64,000 nucleotides of DNA from an uncultured bacterium. Lineage in GTDB: Bacteria; Chloroflexota; UBA5177; JANWHV01. The translations under genes and the position numbers were made by a program. The notes beneath the pieces were generated by a model. That model ran no database searches and had not been told where the DNA came from. It saw only the letters and a program-made list of their open reading frames with translations. The stretch is taken from positions 800,001 to 864,000 of the forward strand of contig CAVSOU010000011.1 of assembly GCA_963729625.1 (NCBI GenBank). The letters run 5' to 3'. Below are positions 1 through 9,792 of the stretch, piece by piece; position 1 is the stretch's first letter, and the number at the start of each line of letters is the position of its first letter.

Positions 1-215
1 GGCCCTGCCCGTACGACCGACGTGTCACCTACGTCGAGATGACCGATAGAGGGCACGAGGCGCTGGAGCGCGCAACGCCGGTGCATCTCCAGGGCATCCA
101 GGCGCAGATGCTGGACCCGCTGCAGCCGGGCGAGGTCGCGCAACTCGAGGCCATCCTTGACAAGATTCGGGCCGCCCAAGGGGGTCAGAGCGCTCCTGGC
201 GCTGGCAGCGGGTGA
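1..215 (+). CDS. MarR-family transcriptional regulator, 3' part (truncated by window edge)
   Basis: Not in the ORF track. Frame +3 reads PCPYDRRVTYVEMTDRGHEALERATPVHLQGIQAQMLDPL...*, with TGA at 213-215. DRR-x(3)-V-x-(L/M)T-x-x-G is the MarR wing motif. Confidence 0.85.
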   Translation, partial: PCPYDRRVTYVEMTDRGHEALERATPVHLQGIQAQMLDPLQPGEVAQLEAILDKIRAAQGGQSAPGAGSG

Positions 216-260
216 GCGCTTCACGGATGCGGCACGGGCAGCAGGTCGTCGCAGTGGCGC
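184..260 (+). pseudogene. Scrap of an IS630-like transposase N-terminal helix-turn-helix
   Basis: Reads VRALLALAAGERFTDAARAAGRRSGA, which resembles the 'RALLAVADG-SFT-AAR-AGRRSG' N-terminus of IS630-type HTH proteins. Similarity is lost immediately afterwards. Confidence 0.45.
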
Positions 261-406
261 TGTGGGGACTATGCCCGAGCAGCCCGCTTCGACCGTCATC
301 GCTGTACTGGACACCCTGCAGTGGTTGTACTTGGCCCTGCACTTGAATGAGGTTTCCTAAAGGGACAGGTGAGATGGGCGGCCGCGGGGGTTCTGTCGTC
401 TAGCAG

Positions 407-1279
407 CTACTGCTGTGTCCGTCCCTGTATGAAGTTGAACCCGGCTGGGCCATACACGCGTACCACGCCGGCATCGCCGGCAAGCACCCCCGCCTGGACG
501 CGAGACGTGCCGCCGGGGTTGCCGAGTCCGAGGTACCCACCCTGAGCATGTTGCGCAACCTCCGCTACGACCGTACCGCCGGCGCCGAGCATCTGCAGCG
601 TCGCGCCGTCGCTGCCTTTCGCGCTGAGCACCGCTCTGGGTTTGCCACTCACACTCACCTGCACATCGCCACCTGTGGCGTCCCCGGTGGCTTGCACCAG
701 CGTGGCGCCTTTCGCGTCGCGAACTGAGAAGTACCCGCTGGTCTGGTCCGCAATCAGATTGGCCAGCAGCGTGGAATTGCTGAAGAGTCGCAGCCCGAAG
801 TTACTGCCGATCATGCCCACCTTCGCCGACCAACCCTGTGGCCCGTTGACCAGCAGCTCGCCACCTGTCCCTGCGCTATCGTCGATCTGCATCACCAGAC
901 CGCCGGTCTTGTTGACCACACGCAGCGGGGCGGTGATCGTCAGCGGCCCTGCAGCCGTGTTCGCAGTGGACGCGACGCTTCCCAGCGACCCAACGACCTT
1001 CCCTCCGCGGTAGTACAGGACCCCGTTCTTGTCAACCTGCATGAGCAGTGACCCATCAGCACCCACGACCCGGAATGGAGCAGTGACGGTGAGTGCGGTG
1101 GCGCTCGGCCGGGCGGATGCAGAACCAAGGGTGAGGGCAAGAGCCAGAGCAGCAAACGTCGCGCTCACCAGGGTTCGTGAGCCAAGCACCCGCCGCCGCC
1201 CCGCACGCAGTCGTTCGAGTTCCGTTTCTACCAGAGCCAGACGCTGCTCAAGTGATATGGTTTGCGGCTCGCCATTCAT
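407..1279 (-). CDS. Hypothetical membrane-anchored/secreted beta-rich protein
   Basis: ATG at 1279 has AAGGA upstream. Short coiled coil (LEQRLALVETELERLR), hydrophobic segment, duplicated LTVTAPFRVV/LTITAPLRVV motif, then Gly-rich beta repeats. Confidence 0.75.
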   Translation of the reverse strand: MNGEPQTISLEQRLALVETELERLRAGRRRVLGSRTLVSATFAALALALTLGSASARPSATALTVTAPFRVVGADGSLLMQVDKNGVLYYRGGKVVGSLGSVASTANTAAGPLTITAPLRVVNKTGGLVMQIDDSAGTGGELLVNGPQGWSAKVGMIGSNFGLRLFSNSTLLANLIADQTSGYFSVRDAKGATLVQATGDATGGDVQVSVSGKPRAVLSAKGSDGATLQMLGAGGTVVAEVAQHAQGGYLGLGNPGGTSRVQAGVLAGDAGVVRVYGPAGFNFIQGRTQQ

Positions 1280-1423
1280 TGCATGGTCCTTTTCTGCGGC
1301 ACATTGCTGTTTTAGTTGCGATGTTCGTTGGTTATGGATACCTGACGCCGTTCTTACGTGCAATATTCTCGCGCGCGGTGAGGGCCCGGACTACCTTCTT
1401 GGCCACTCGAGGCCACACATATT

Positions 1424-2410
1424 CTAGAAATCCACCATGGTCCCCGACCCACTCACCCGCGCGCACTGCAGGAGATACTGGGCCGCGGCTACGTCCTCGA
1501 CCGCAAGGCCCAGCGAGCGGAAAAGCGTGACCTCGCCTGGAGACGTACGCCCTTGCGCCCGACCAAGGAGCACCTCGCCGATCTCCGCCCTGATGAGATT
1601 GGTGCCGAGCCCACCTTCCTCGAGCGCGCGCTGATAGTCAGCAGCCTCGCGCTCCACCGACTCGCGTCTATCGACGAACACCGCTGCCGCCGCCCAGGTC
1701 GCCGTGTCGACCTCCCTGTTGGGCGGCCTGCTTGCTCCGACGGCGTTCACGTGGGCGCCTGGCGCGAGCCATGCGCACGAGAGAACCGGCTCACGCGCCG
1801 TCGTGGCCGTGACCACAATGTCGGCGCCTCGTACCGCTGCTTCCGCGCTGTCCACGGCCTGCAGCGCGCACTGCACCTGCGGGCTCATCCGCGCCACGAA
1901 CCGCTGCGCACCCTCCAACGTTCGACTGGCCACGCGGGCACGCGCGATCGGGCGCACGCACAGCATCGCCTCAAGGTGCCACCGGGCCTGAACGCCCGCC
2001 CCGATAAGTGCCAGCTCACAGGCGTCCTCGCGTGCCAGCAGCCGTGTTGCCACGGCGGAGACGGCGGCCGTGCGGATAGCCGTGATTGCCGCCGCGTTCA
2101 TCATCGCCCGCAGTTCTCCGGTCACACCATCCATCAGCACGACGGACCCTTGATGCCCGTCCAGTCCGCGGCTAGGGTTGTCCGGGATGACACACAGGAT
2201 CTTCATCCCGTAGACGGCGTCAGCGCCCGCGCGGTACGCCGGCATCCAGGCCATCGCTCCGGTGGCGCCGGGAGGGGCATAGATGGAGCGCAGCGGTTGG
2301 CTCAGCTCTCCCCGCGCCAGGGCCCCGAGTGTCTCGGTCATTACGTCGATGCACCGCTCCATGGAGAGAAGTTGCTCCACTTCCGCATGAGTCAGCACCA
2401 GAAAGGCCAT
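1424..2410 (-). CDS. Ornithine cyclodeaminase / mu-crystallin family protein
   Basis: Motifs ITAIRTAAVSAVAT, IGAGVQA, GAHVNAVGA, TLFRSLGLAVEDVAAA. RBS GAAGGGG before ATG 2410. Confidence 0.95.
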   Translation of the reverse strand: MAFLVLTHAEVEQLLSMERCIDVMTETLGALARGELSQPLRSIYAPPGATGAMAWMPAYRAGADAVYGMKILCVIPDNPSRGLDGHQGSVVLMDGVTGELRAMMNAAAITAIRTAAVSAVATRLLAREDACELALIGAGVQARWHLEAMLCVRPIARARVASRTLEGAQRFVARMSPQVQCALQAVDSAEAAVRGADIVVTATTAREPVLSCAWLAPGAHVNAVGASRPPNREVDTATWAAAAVFVDRRESVEREAADYQRALEEGGLGTNLIRAEIGEVLLGRAQGRTSPGEVTLFRSLGLAVEDVAAAQYLLQCARVSGSGTMVDF

Positions 2411-2460
2411 GGCACTATTCCCCCTTCGCCGTAACCGCGCTGCTAACCCGGCAGGGCCGC

Positions 2461-3597
2461 TCACCAATTCGTGAAGGCGCCATCCTGACGCTGCAGGTGC
2501 GGCAGCTCTCGCATCTCATACGCATAGTGGCGCGCTGCTGCACGATCGAACTCAACCCCAAGCCCGGGTTGCGTTGGGGCAAGCAGGTAACCCTGCTCGA
2601 AGCGAGGGACGACGGGAAAGACGTCGGGCAGTGCGGAGCCGGTGGGCTGCGGTAGCTCGAGCACTCCTACGTTCGGCGCCGCCAGGCACAGGTGCAAGCA
2701 GGCCGCAGTGCTGACCGGACCGTTGGGGTTGTGCGGCGCCAGATTGATATAGTGCGTCTCGCACCAGCCCGCGATCTTCTTGGACTCGGTGATGCCGGCG
2801 CCAAGCGTCGGGTCCAGCCGGGCATAGTCAATCAGGTCCTCTTCGATCAGCTGACGATACTCCCACTTGCTGGCAAACTGCTCGCCGGCAGCAAGAGGTA
2901 CGCCGGTACGCGCCCGCAGCGTGCGATAGGCATTGGTGTCCTCCGCCCGCAACGGATCCTCGACGAAGTACGGTCGGTAGGCCTCAAGTTCTCGGCATAG
3001 CGTCGTCGCATCGGCCGGGTCGAGCCGTGTATGCACGTCCAGACAGATCTCCACCTCGTCGCCCAGGACCCTGCGCACAGCCTCGCACTGGCGCGTCGCC
3101 GTCCGGAGAGCTTGCCGCGGCTCGAGAATATTCTCAGTGGTCGGCAGCCCCCAGCGTACGAACTTGTACCCTTGCGCAAGGGTTCGCTGGCAATCCTCGA
3201 CCAACGACTCGACGCTGCCGTCTTCGCCCGCGTTGTGAGGATAGCAGACCACTTTCTCGCGCACGAGGCCGCCGAGCAGTTGGTAAACCGGTACGCCATG
3301 CACCTTGCCCGCGATATCCCAGAGCGCAGTATCGATCGCCGACAGCGCGGAGGCACCCACTCGGTCGGCGGGGAAGAAGCCACTCCGGAACATGAGCTGC
3401 CACAAATGCTCGATACGCGTGGGATCCTGGCCGATCAACAGCGGCCGGAGGTGACTGAGGAAGCCCATTACCGCCTCCTCGCGTGAAGTCAGGTTGGATT
3501 CGCCGATGCCCCAGATGCCCTCGTCGGTTTCGACCGTCACGAACAGCCAGGTGCGGGTCGTACACACAGGGTAGGTCTCGATTCCGGTGATCTTCAT
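2461..3597 (-). CDS. Mandelate racemase/muconate lactonizing enzyme family acid-sugar dehydratase (DgoD/ManD-like)
   Basis: Motifs SAIDTALWDIAGK, PVYQLLGG, LDVH, FVEDP, AAGE, APHNP, PGLGVEFD. Confidence 0.93.
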   Translation of the reverse strand: MKITGIETYPVCTTRTWLFVTVETDEGIWGIGESNLTSREEAVMGFLSHLRPLLIGQDPTRIEHLWQLMFRSGFFPADRVGASALSAIDTALWDIAGKVHGVPVYQLLGGLVREKVVCYPHNAGEDGSVESLVEDCQRTLAQGYKFVRWGLPTTENILEPRQALRTATRQCEAVRRVLGDEVEICLDVHTRLDPADATTLCRELEAYRPYFVEDPLRAEDTNAYRTLRARTGVPLAAGEQFASKWEYRQLIEEDLIDYARLDPTLGAGITESKKIAGWCETHYINLAPHNPNGPVSTAACLHLCLAAPNVGVLELPQPTGSALPDVFPVVPRFEQGYLLAPTQPGLGVEFDRAAARHYAYEMRELPHLQRQDGAFTNW

Positions 3598-3975
3598 CTG
3601 AACATCCCCTCAGTCAGCAAGTCCGCGTTAGCCGCGACATGGGTCGCGCGCCCGCCATCGCCCCGTCATGCAGCGACTGCCGCGTGACGATTCCCGCGGC
3701 CTTACCATGGACGTTGGTGCCGGCGCAGGCAGCGTCCAGAGTGCAGCCGCGGGCCTTCATGGGCAGGATACATCGATCATGGCACGGCCATGCATCCACC
3801 CTGGCATCAGCTCAGAGCGAGCCGCTCCATTGGCGCCGGCAGCCATCAGTTTCGGTGGTCGAACAGCGAGACCAGAGCCGGCGCCAGCAGAATTCAGGTC
3901 ACGTGCCAGATCAGCTCCTGCACGACGGCGACTGATGCTCCGGAGCGATCCAGGTACCGCGCGGGGACCGAGTCG

Positions 3976-4434
3976 TTACTGCCCCAGGACTGCACGAATC
4001 GTCTGAAGATGCTCCCTTGGATGGCCAATCAGGATATGCTCGATCAGACTCCCCGCTGTGCCAAAAGTGGCGGCAGCCCCGAGCTGGTCATCGCGCAGCC
4101 CGTGGACGACGCCAGCGGCGGCGAGGCCATTTGCGTGTAGGAGAGCCAGCGTCTCCGCCTTGGTGCACTGGGCGTGCTCGGCCGCGTGCTGGGCGTTAGC
4201 CTGGTCGACCATCTCCATCGTCAGGGGCGGTGGCTGTCCTGCCACGGCAGCCTTGATGAGCTCGGCAATCTCGCTGTGACCCACGGCCACGTGATGCGCC
4301 ACCACGCCCACCGAGCACTTTTCGCTGGGGCAATGAGTAACCCACTCGGCAGCGGAGAACCCTTCTACTGCCGCGATAAACTCGTCGTTCGCTTGCTCGA
4401 ACTGGGTAGCTAACGACTCGGTCGTTGCTTCCAT
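3976..4434 (-). CDS. DinB / maleylpyruvate isomerase N-terminal-like family protein
   Basis: GGAGGTG RBS before ATG 4434. Motifs SVGVVAHHVA and C-terminal HPREHLQTI (His triad). Confidence 0.85.
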   Translation of the reverse strand: MEATTESLATQFEQANDEFIAAVEGFSAAEWVTHCPSEKCSVGVVAHHVAVGHSEIAELIKAAVAGQPPPLTMEMVDQANAQHAAEHAQCTKAETLALLHANGLAAAGVVHGLRDDQLGAAATFGTAGSLIEHILIGHPREHLQTIRAVLGQ

Positions 4435-4844
4435 ATCCACCTCCTTCGCGCCTACTCGTTCGCGCATCTCGCCACGCCGCTGCGCCACATAATCTACCTC
4501 GGTGGAAAGGCCGTCCCAGAAGTGCCAATCTTTGCCCGCGCCCGCCCCTTCCTCCGATCCAAGACGAAGAACCGTATTGCGAGCGCCCACCAACCAGGTG
4601 TCGAGCCCGTGGCCAAACGGCAGCCGGTGACGCAACGCTTGAGCGATCTCACTCGGTGTGCCTGTCCGGCGCAGCGAGGGCCGCGGCAGGGTGCGGCGCC
4701 GTCGCGTCCAGACTCAACAGTAGCACGTCGCTGGCCAACTTGATAGACGTAGAGTCCGCCGAAACAAGGCCGTACTGCTTAGCGAAGCCCCCGATCTCGA
4801 TGGCCACCGGCCCGGTTGCGGAGCCCTGCACGGGCCCCCTTGAC

Positions 4845-5081
4845 TTACACGCCGACCTGCGCCGCACAACGGCCGCACAAGAGTGTAGGGAACGTGAAGT
4901 GCAGAGGGCCCCCGCATAGGGGACAGGGATCCTCCACCAGGAGATCCTGTTGGTCGGGTTGCAGCTGGTTGACGTGCTGCGCATACAGCCTGGCATAGAT
5001 CGCCACCAGCGCGTGCTCGCGCGCCTCACGATCCGCGGAGCGACCGTCCGGATCGCTCCGGTTTCCCGCGTCTGGCGCCAT
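4845..5081 (-). CDS. Small zinc-ribbon protein
   Basis: GAGGAGG RBS before ATG 5081. C-terminal CPLCGG...LLCGRC. Confidence 0.7.
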   Translation of the reverse strand: MAPDAGNRSDPDGRSADREAREHALVAIYARLYAQHVNQLQPDQQDLLVEDPCPLCGGPLHFTFPTLLCGRCAAQVGV

Positions 5082-5341
5082 GCCTTGCACCCTCCTCATG
5101 CTGGATTAACGATTCTTCCCCACTCCATAATCGAGTCGCCATCTTGGACGCGTAGCATCAATACAGGGTCGCAGGGAAGGCTCACGCGTCGAATTGATTG
5201 TTTTCGGGGAGTCGCTTCTCCTTTGGTTGCTCGCTGGCCCCGAGTGCTCGCTAACGGTGTAGCCGTTATTGCCCGCTCGATGCAGGGCCCTGGCATTGCA
5301 CGTGGCGGGCATGTCCACAGCGCCGCCTCCGGCCAACCGAG

Positions 5342-5722
5342 CTATAGCTCCAGCGGCGCCAGGCGGCTCACGATCTGTGCCGCATTGCCGGCGGGGTCCG
5401 CGAAGAAGATCATGGTATCGCCGAATGCATTCGTCGTCGGCTCTTGCACCGGCACCCCGCTCGTCCTGAGGGCCGCGAGCGTGGCCTCCAGGTTCGCCGC
5501 GTCCACCACGAACGCCAGGTGGTGTGGCAGCGTCAGCGGCGGCTGCGCGCGCGCCATGATCTCCAGGCGTCCTCCCTGGCCATCGCCGATGAAGGCAAGG
5601 TCGCCGGGATTCTCCTTGATGCGGTGCCATCCAAACAGCTGTTCGTAGAAGCGAACCGTCTCTTCGAAGCGGTCTGGCGCCGCGCCGATGCCCACGTGCT
5701 CAAGCCTGCCAGTGCTGCTCAT
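5342..5722 (-). CDS. VOC / glyoxalase family protein
   Basis: Motifs LEHVGI, RFYEQLFGW, HHLAFVV, FFADPAGN. Confidence 0.92.
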   Translation of the reverse strand: MSSTGRLEHVGIGAAPDRFEETVRFYEQLFGWHRIKENPGDLAFIGDGQGGRLEIMARAQPPLTLPHHLAFVVDAANLEATLAALRTSGVPVQEPTTNAFGDTMIFFADPAGNAAQIVSRLAPLEL

Positions 5723-6096
5723 CCTCAGTCCTACCTCTCTGCGGCCAATCGGCCGATCAGCCCCTGCCACGCCACGATGAATCAGGATTTCCGATGCTCC
5801 TGGATCACCTCATCTGTGAGTGTGCCAGGTTTCGCGTGGCCCTGGTAAACCTCACGCCGCCGGAGTTGACCTGGCACTCGCCGGCGCCGGCTCAGCCGAG
5901 ATGGCCTGCTCGATCGTCCTGCACCTTGGCGTGGTGACAAGGCAGGATCCGAATGCCGCACGTTCATCGCCGACACCGGACCAGCAGACCCGAGCTTCGC
6001 GTGGCAGGAAGGTTTGCGGGATCCGAAACGCTCAGGTATATGTTCTGCGTACTGTCCGCGGTTTCAGGCGGGGACACGCGCCATTTGGAGGTAGCT

Positions 6097-7014
6097 GTGT
6101 TAGTCAACGGGATCGTCGCCTCGTCGGTTACGCCGTTCAGCCCGACCGGTGAACTGAATCTGGACCTCTTGCCGGCGCACATCAATTGGCTCATCGGGGA
6201 AGGCGTGAGCGGCCTATCGCCACTCGGCAGTGCCGGTGAGTTCGTCGCCCTGGAGGTCACCGACCGCAAGCGCCTTCTGGAGGGCGTGCTGGCAGCCAAC
6301 GATGGGCGTGTCCATGTAATGGCCGGCACGCATCATTACGCGACGCATCTCGCCGTCGAGTTGTCTCGACATGCCCAAACGGCAGGAGCACACTCCCTGC
6401 TTGTAGTCCCTCCCTATTACATGGCCCCGTCGGTCCCACAGGCGATGGACCACTATCGCAGGCTCGCGGATGCCGTGTCCATACCCGTAGTCCTCTACCA
6501 CAATGCGAGCGGCACGCGGGTCGACCTGCGCACCGAGCATCTCGTACAACTCTTCGATGAGGGCGCGATCGCTGGCGTCAAGATGTCCAACAGTGATCCC
6601 GATCGCATCAGTAGCCTGCTCCAGGCCACCGGCGGCCGGCTCGTCGTCTATGCCGGCATCGACACGGTGGCCTTTGAAGGGCTGTGCCACGGGGCGCACG
6701 GCTGGATCTCCGGCATCCCCAGCATCGTCCCGCGTGCCGCGCGGGAGCTCTATGAAACTGTTGCAGTCCGCGGCGATCTCGCCTCGGCACGCCGGCAGTG
6801 GCGGGCGCTCGCTCCCCTTATGCGCTTGGTGTTTGCCGGCCACATCCATGGGACCGGTCTGGAACCGCACTGGCTGAGCATCATGAAGGCGGCCCTTAAC
6901 ATGATTGGTCCGCCGGTCGGCAATCCGCTCCCACCGGTTCAACCACTGGACGAGGCGACAGCGCGGGTGCTGGCGGCGTTGTTGCGCGATCTTGGCTACG
7001 CCGTTCGCGCCTGA
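6097..7014 (+). CDS. Dihydrodipicolinate synthase (DapA/NAL) family lyase
   Basis: GGAGG RBS then GTG at 6097. Motifs TPF, GSAGEF, PPYY, VVLYHN, Schiff-base GVKMS. Confidence 0.93.
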   Translation: MLVNGIVASSVTPFSPTGELNLDLLPAHINWLIGEGVSGLSPLGSAGEFVALEVTDRKRLLEGVLAANDGRVHVMAGTHHYATHLAVELSRHAQTAGAHSLLVVPPYYMAPSVPQAMDHYRRLADAVSIPVVLYHNASGTRVDLRTEHLVQLFDEGAIAGVKMSNSDPDRISSLLQATGGRLVVYAGIDTVAFEGLCHGAHGWISGIPSIVPRAARELYETVAVRGDLASARRQWRALAPLMRLVFAGHIHGTGLEPHWLSIMKAALNMIGPPVGNPLPPVQPLDEATARVLAALLRDLGYAVRA

Positions 7015-7083
7015 GCACGAACGGCGTTTCGCAGAAGCAGTGGTTACCGACTCCACCCAGCGCCGGAAAGGGACCGTACACTG

Positions 7084-8172
7084 ATGGATGGCAGCAGCAG
7101 CGGCGCGGACCATGCTGTAACCGTGCCCGCGCGGGACCTCGCGCATTTCGCCGCTCAGCTGCTCACGGCAGCCGGTGTGACTCGCGATGATGCGGAGATG
7201 ACCGGCGGTATCCTGGCCGACGCCAATACACGGGGTGTCGACACGCACGGCGTCGCCCTGCTTACCCTCTACCTCGGGCAGCTCCGGCGTGGAGCGGTCA
7301 ACCGGTGCCCTCACAGGACATTCACGCCGCGGCGAGCGGCGACTGCAATCCTCAATGCCGATCACGGCATGGGTCATGCCGCCACGGCAGAGGCGATGGA
7401 GCATGCGGTGCGCATGGCCAAAGTTGCCGGCGTGGCGACAGTCCTGGTGGAGAACTCGAATCACTTCGGCGCCGCGGCCTATTACGCGATGCTAGCCGCG
7501 CGCCATGACTGCATAGGCATGGTATGGTCGCCCGCGGAGCCCAGCGTCGTGCCATTCGGAGGGCGCGAGAGGTTCTTCGGTACCAATCCTATTGCTATCG
7601 CGGCTCCACCAGGCACGCAGTACCCGGGGTTTACCCTCGACATGGCGACCAGCGTTGTGGCAGGCGGCAAGATCGCGCAGGCCGCCAAGAACCACCGGAC
7701 CATCCCGCCAGGCTGGGCAATCGACCAGCATGGATCGCCCGTAACGCGACCGTCGGACGAAGACGCCATACTGGGAACGTACTCCTTGCTTCCGATGAGC
7801 GGCGCCAAGGGCTATGGTCTGGCCATGATGATCGATTGGACATCATCTCTCCTGGCGGGCACGCACTGGGGCCCGACCGTTCCGCGTTGGAGCGATGGTG
7901 CGGAGGACCCGGCGTCGATTGCCCACTATGTTCAGGCGCTCGACGTCGAGGCGTTCGTCCCGCTTGATCAGTATCGGCGTCGTGTCGACGAGTTTTGCGC
8001 GGCGCTCAAGAATGTGCCTCCCGCCGACGGGCACCGCGAAGTCCTGCTGCCGGGCGAGCCGGAGTTGCTCACGGCCCGCGAGCGCGCGAGGACGGGGTGT
8101 CCGCTGACGGCCCACGTGGCCGCAGTGCTCGCACAATTGAGCGCCGAATATGGGGTACCGCTGCCCTTTTGA
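7084..8172 (+). CDS. Ldh_2 family oxidoreductase (malate/L-lactate/DpkA-like)
   Basis: Motifs RGVDTHG, NSNHFGAA, FGTNPIA, LDMATS, KGYGLA, LLPGEPE. Confidence 0.93.
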   Translation: MDGSSSGADHAVTVPARDLAHFAAQLLTAAGVTRDDAEMTGGILADANTRGVDTHGVALLTLYLGQLRRGAVNRCPHRTFTPRRAATAILNADHGMGHAATAEAMEHAVRMAKVAGVATVLVENSNHFGAAAYYAMLAARHDCIGMVWSPAEPSVVPFGGRERFFGTNPIAIAAPPGTQYPGFTLDMATSVVAGGKIAQAAKNHRTIPPGWAIDQHGSPVTRPSDEDAILGTYSLLPMSGAKGYGLAMMIDWTSSLLAGTHWGPTVPRWSDGAEDPASIAHYVQALDVEAFVPLDQYRRRVDEFCAALKNVPPADGHREVLLPGEPELLTARERARTGCPLTAHVAAVLAQLSAEYGVPLPF

Positions 8173-8220
8173 CGCCGGCACTAGGTCGTGCTAGCCGCGA
8201 CGAAGGCCCCGCCTGCCTCC

Positions 8221-9351
8221 TCAAAGGCCAAATTGCGGCACCTCAACGGCTGCTCCGCCGGCCAGAGCGGACTCATGCGCGCAGATTCCCGCGGCAGTCC
8301 AGTTGGCGGAGGTCACTGAGTCGACTGCAGGTCGACGTGACTCGACGATGCTGCGCACGAATTCGTGTACCAGGTGGGGATGCGATCCACCGTGCCCGCC
8401 GCCCTGAATGAATGAGAGGTGAGGCTCGGCGGCATTGTAAACGCCGCACTGCGTGAACCGCGCGATCTCGGATGGCAACAGGTCACCGCGGTCAGGAACG
8501 GCGATGCGCTCGACCTGTATTGGCCGGCCTCGCCCCGGCTGCAGGGCATCCATCGTGAAGAGGACCGGCTGCTCCTCCTCGATCTGCTGCCACTCAAATG
8601 AGCGCTTTTCGCCGTAAACGGAGAAGCACTCGGTGTAGGCGCGCGCGGTATGAAACAGCGTCCGGGTTACTTCCAGTGCCGCATTCGTACCCTCGAGCGC
8701 GAAGATCGCGGTTTCTGCCGGAAACGTATTGCCATACGGGCGATGAAGCTCCTCCCGCATCTCACCCGAGCCAAAGCAGTGCACGCGCCTGGCCCGCGCG
8801 CGGGCGAGGCAAAGCAGCGGCGAGATGGCATGCGTGGCATAGTGCATAGGTGGCAGCCCCATCCAGTAGCTTGGCCAGTTCTCCATGTCCTGGAAGTGAG
8901 CGCCGCGCAACAACTGTACGTTGCCGATTTCACCGCGGGTCATCAGGTCGTGCGCGAAGAGGAACTCGCGCGTGTAGACGGCCGTTTCCATCATCATGTA
9001 GTTCCGGTTGGCTTGTCGCTGCGCCGCCACGATGCGGTGCAGATCGGCAATGGACGTCGCCATGGGTACGGTGCAAGCACAGTGCATCCCTGCTTCCAGC
9101 ACGGCGATGGACTGCTCCGCATGGATCGGTATCGGCGTGACCAGGTGTATGGCGTCGAGGTCCTGATCGAGCATCTGGCCCAAGTCCTGGTATCGGCGTT
9201 CCAGCCGGTAGTGGTCGCCTAACGCGGCCAGAATACCGGCGTTGGGGTCGCAGATAGCCACGCTCTCTACGTCCGGGTGGGCCAGGTAAATCGGCACGAA
9301 CTCGGCGCCGAAACCCAACCCCACGACTCCAACACGAAGCTTCCTCGGCAT
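8221..9351 (-). CDS. Gfo/Idh/MocA family oxidoreductase
   Basis: Rossmann VGVVGLGFG, TPIPIH, HCACTVPMA, PPMHYATH, GGGHGGSH. GAAGGGG RBS before ATG 9351. Confidence 0.92.
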   Translation of the reverse strand: MPRKLRVGVVGLGFGAEFVPIYLAHPDVESVAICDPNAGILAALGDHYRLERRYQDLGQMLDQDLDAIHLVTPIPIHAEQSIAVLEAGMHCACTVPMATSIADLHRIVAAQRQANRNYMMMETAVYTREFLFAHDLMTRGEIGNVQLLRGAHFQDMENWPSYWMGLPPMHYATHAISPLLCLARARARRVHCFGSGEMREELHRPYGNTFPAETAIFALEGTNAALEVTRTLFHTARAYTECFSVYGEKRSFEWQQIEEEQPVLFTMDALQPGRGRPIQVERIAVPDRGDLLPSEIARFTQCGVYNAAEPHLSFIQGGGHGGSHPHLVHEFVRSIVESRRPAVDSVTSANWTAAGICAHESALAGGAAVEVPQFGL

Positions 9352-9792
9352 GTGGACCCCCTTCGTAGCCATGCGGCGCGCTGCCTGCGCCGGCAGTGGA
9401 AGCGCACCCCTGTGTGCGGCACGCCGTAAAGCACATGGCGGCCTTTTCTGACCGGAGCGACACGCGCTACGACTCCAGTTGAGTCTATACGAAACGCGCG
9501 CGCCTTTCTTGCCCAGACACCCGTTCGCGTTGACTGGTCCCTGGATGAAGCGATCTGGCGTAACGCCGGACTCGCGTTCCGCGCCTATGTGCGGCAGCGA
9601 AAAACGGAGATCGCCCGGGTACACGTGCGTCGTATTCTGGCTGATTTCGGCAGAGGGGCGCGCGCCGCGCAACGTCAGGCCACATTGCTCGCCTGGGACG
9701 AAGGCATCTACTGCGCCTATTTCCCCGGTCTGATCACAGTCACCTCATGCCGTGCCCCATGACGAGCCAAATAGAGATACAGCTCTTCCGTA

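Noticed and set aside
6097-7014. dapA as lysine biosynthesis gene
   Set aside because: GSAGE instead of GTTGE, no PxR-T motif, and catabolic context.
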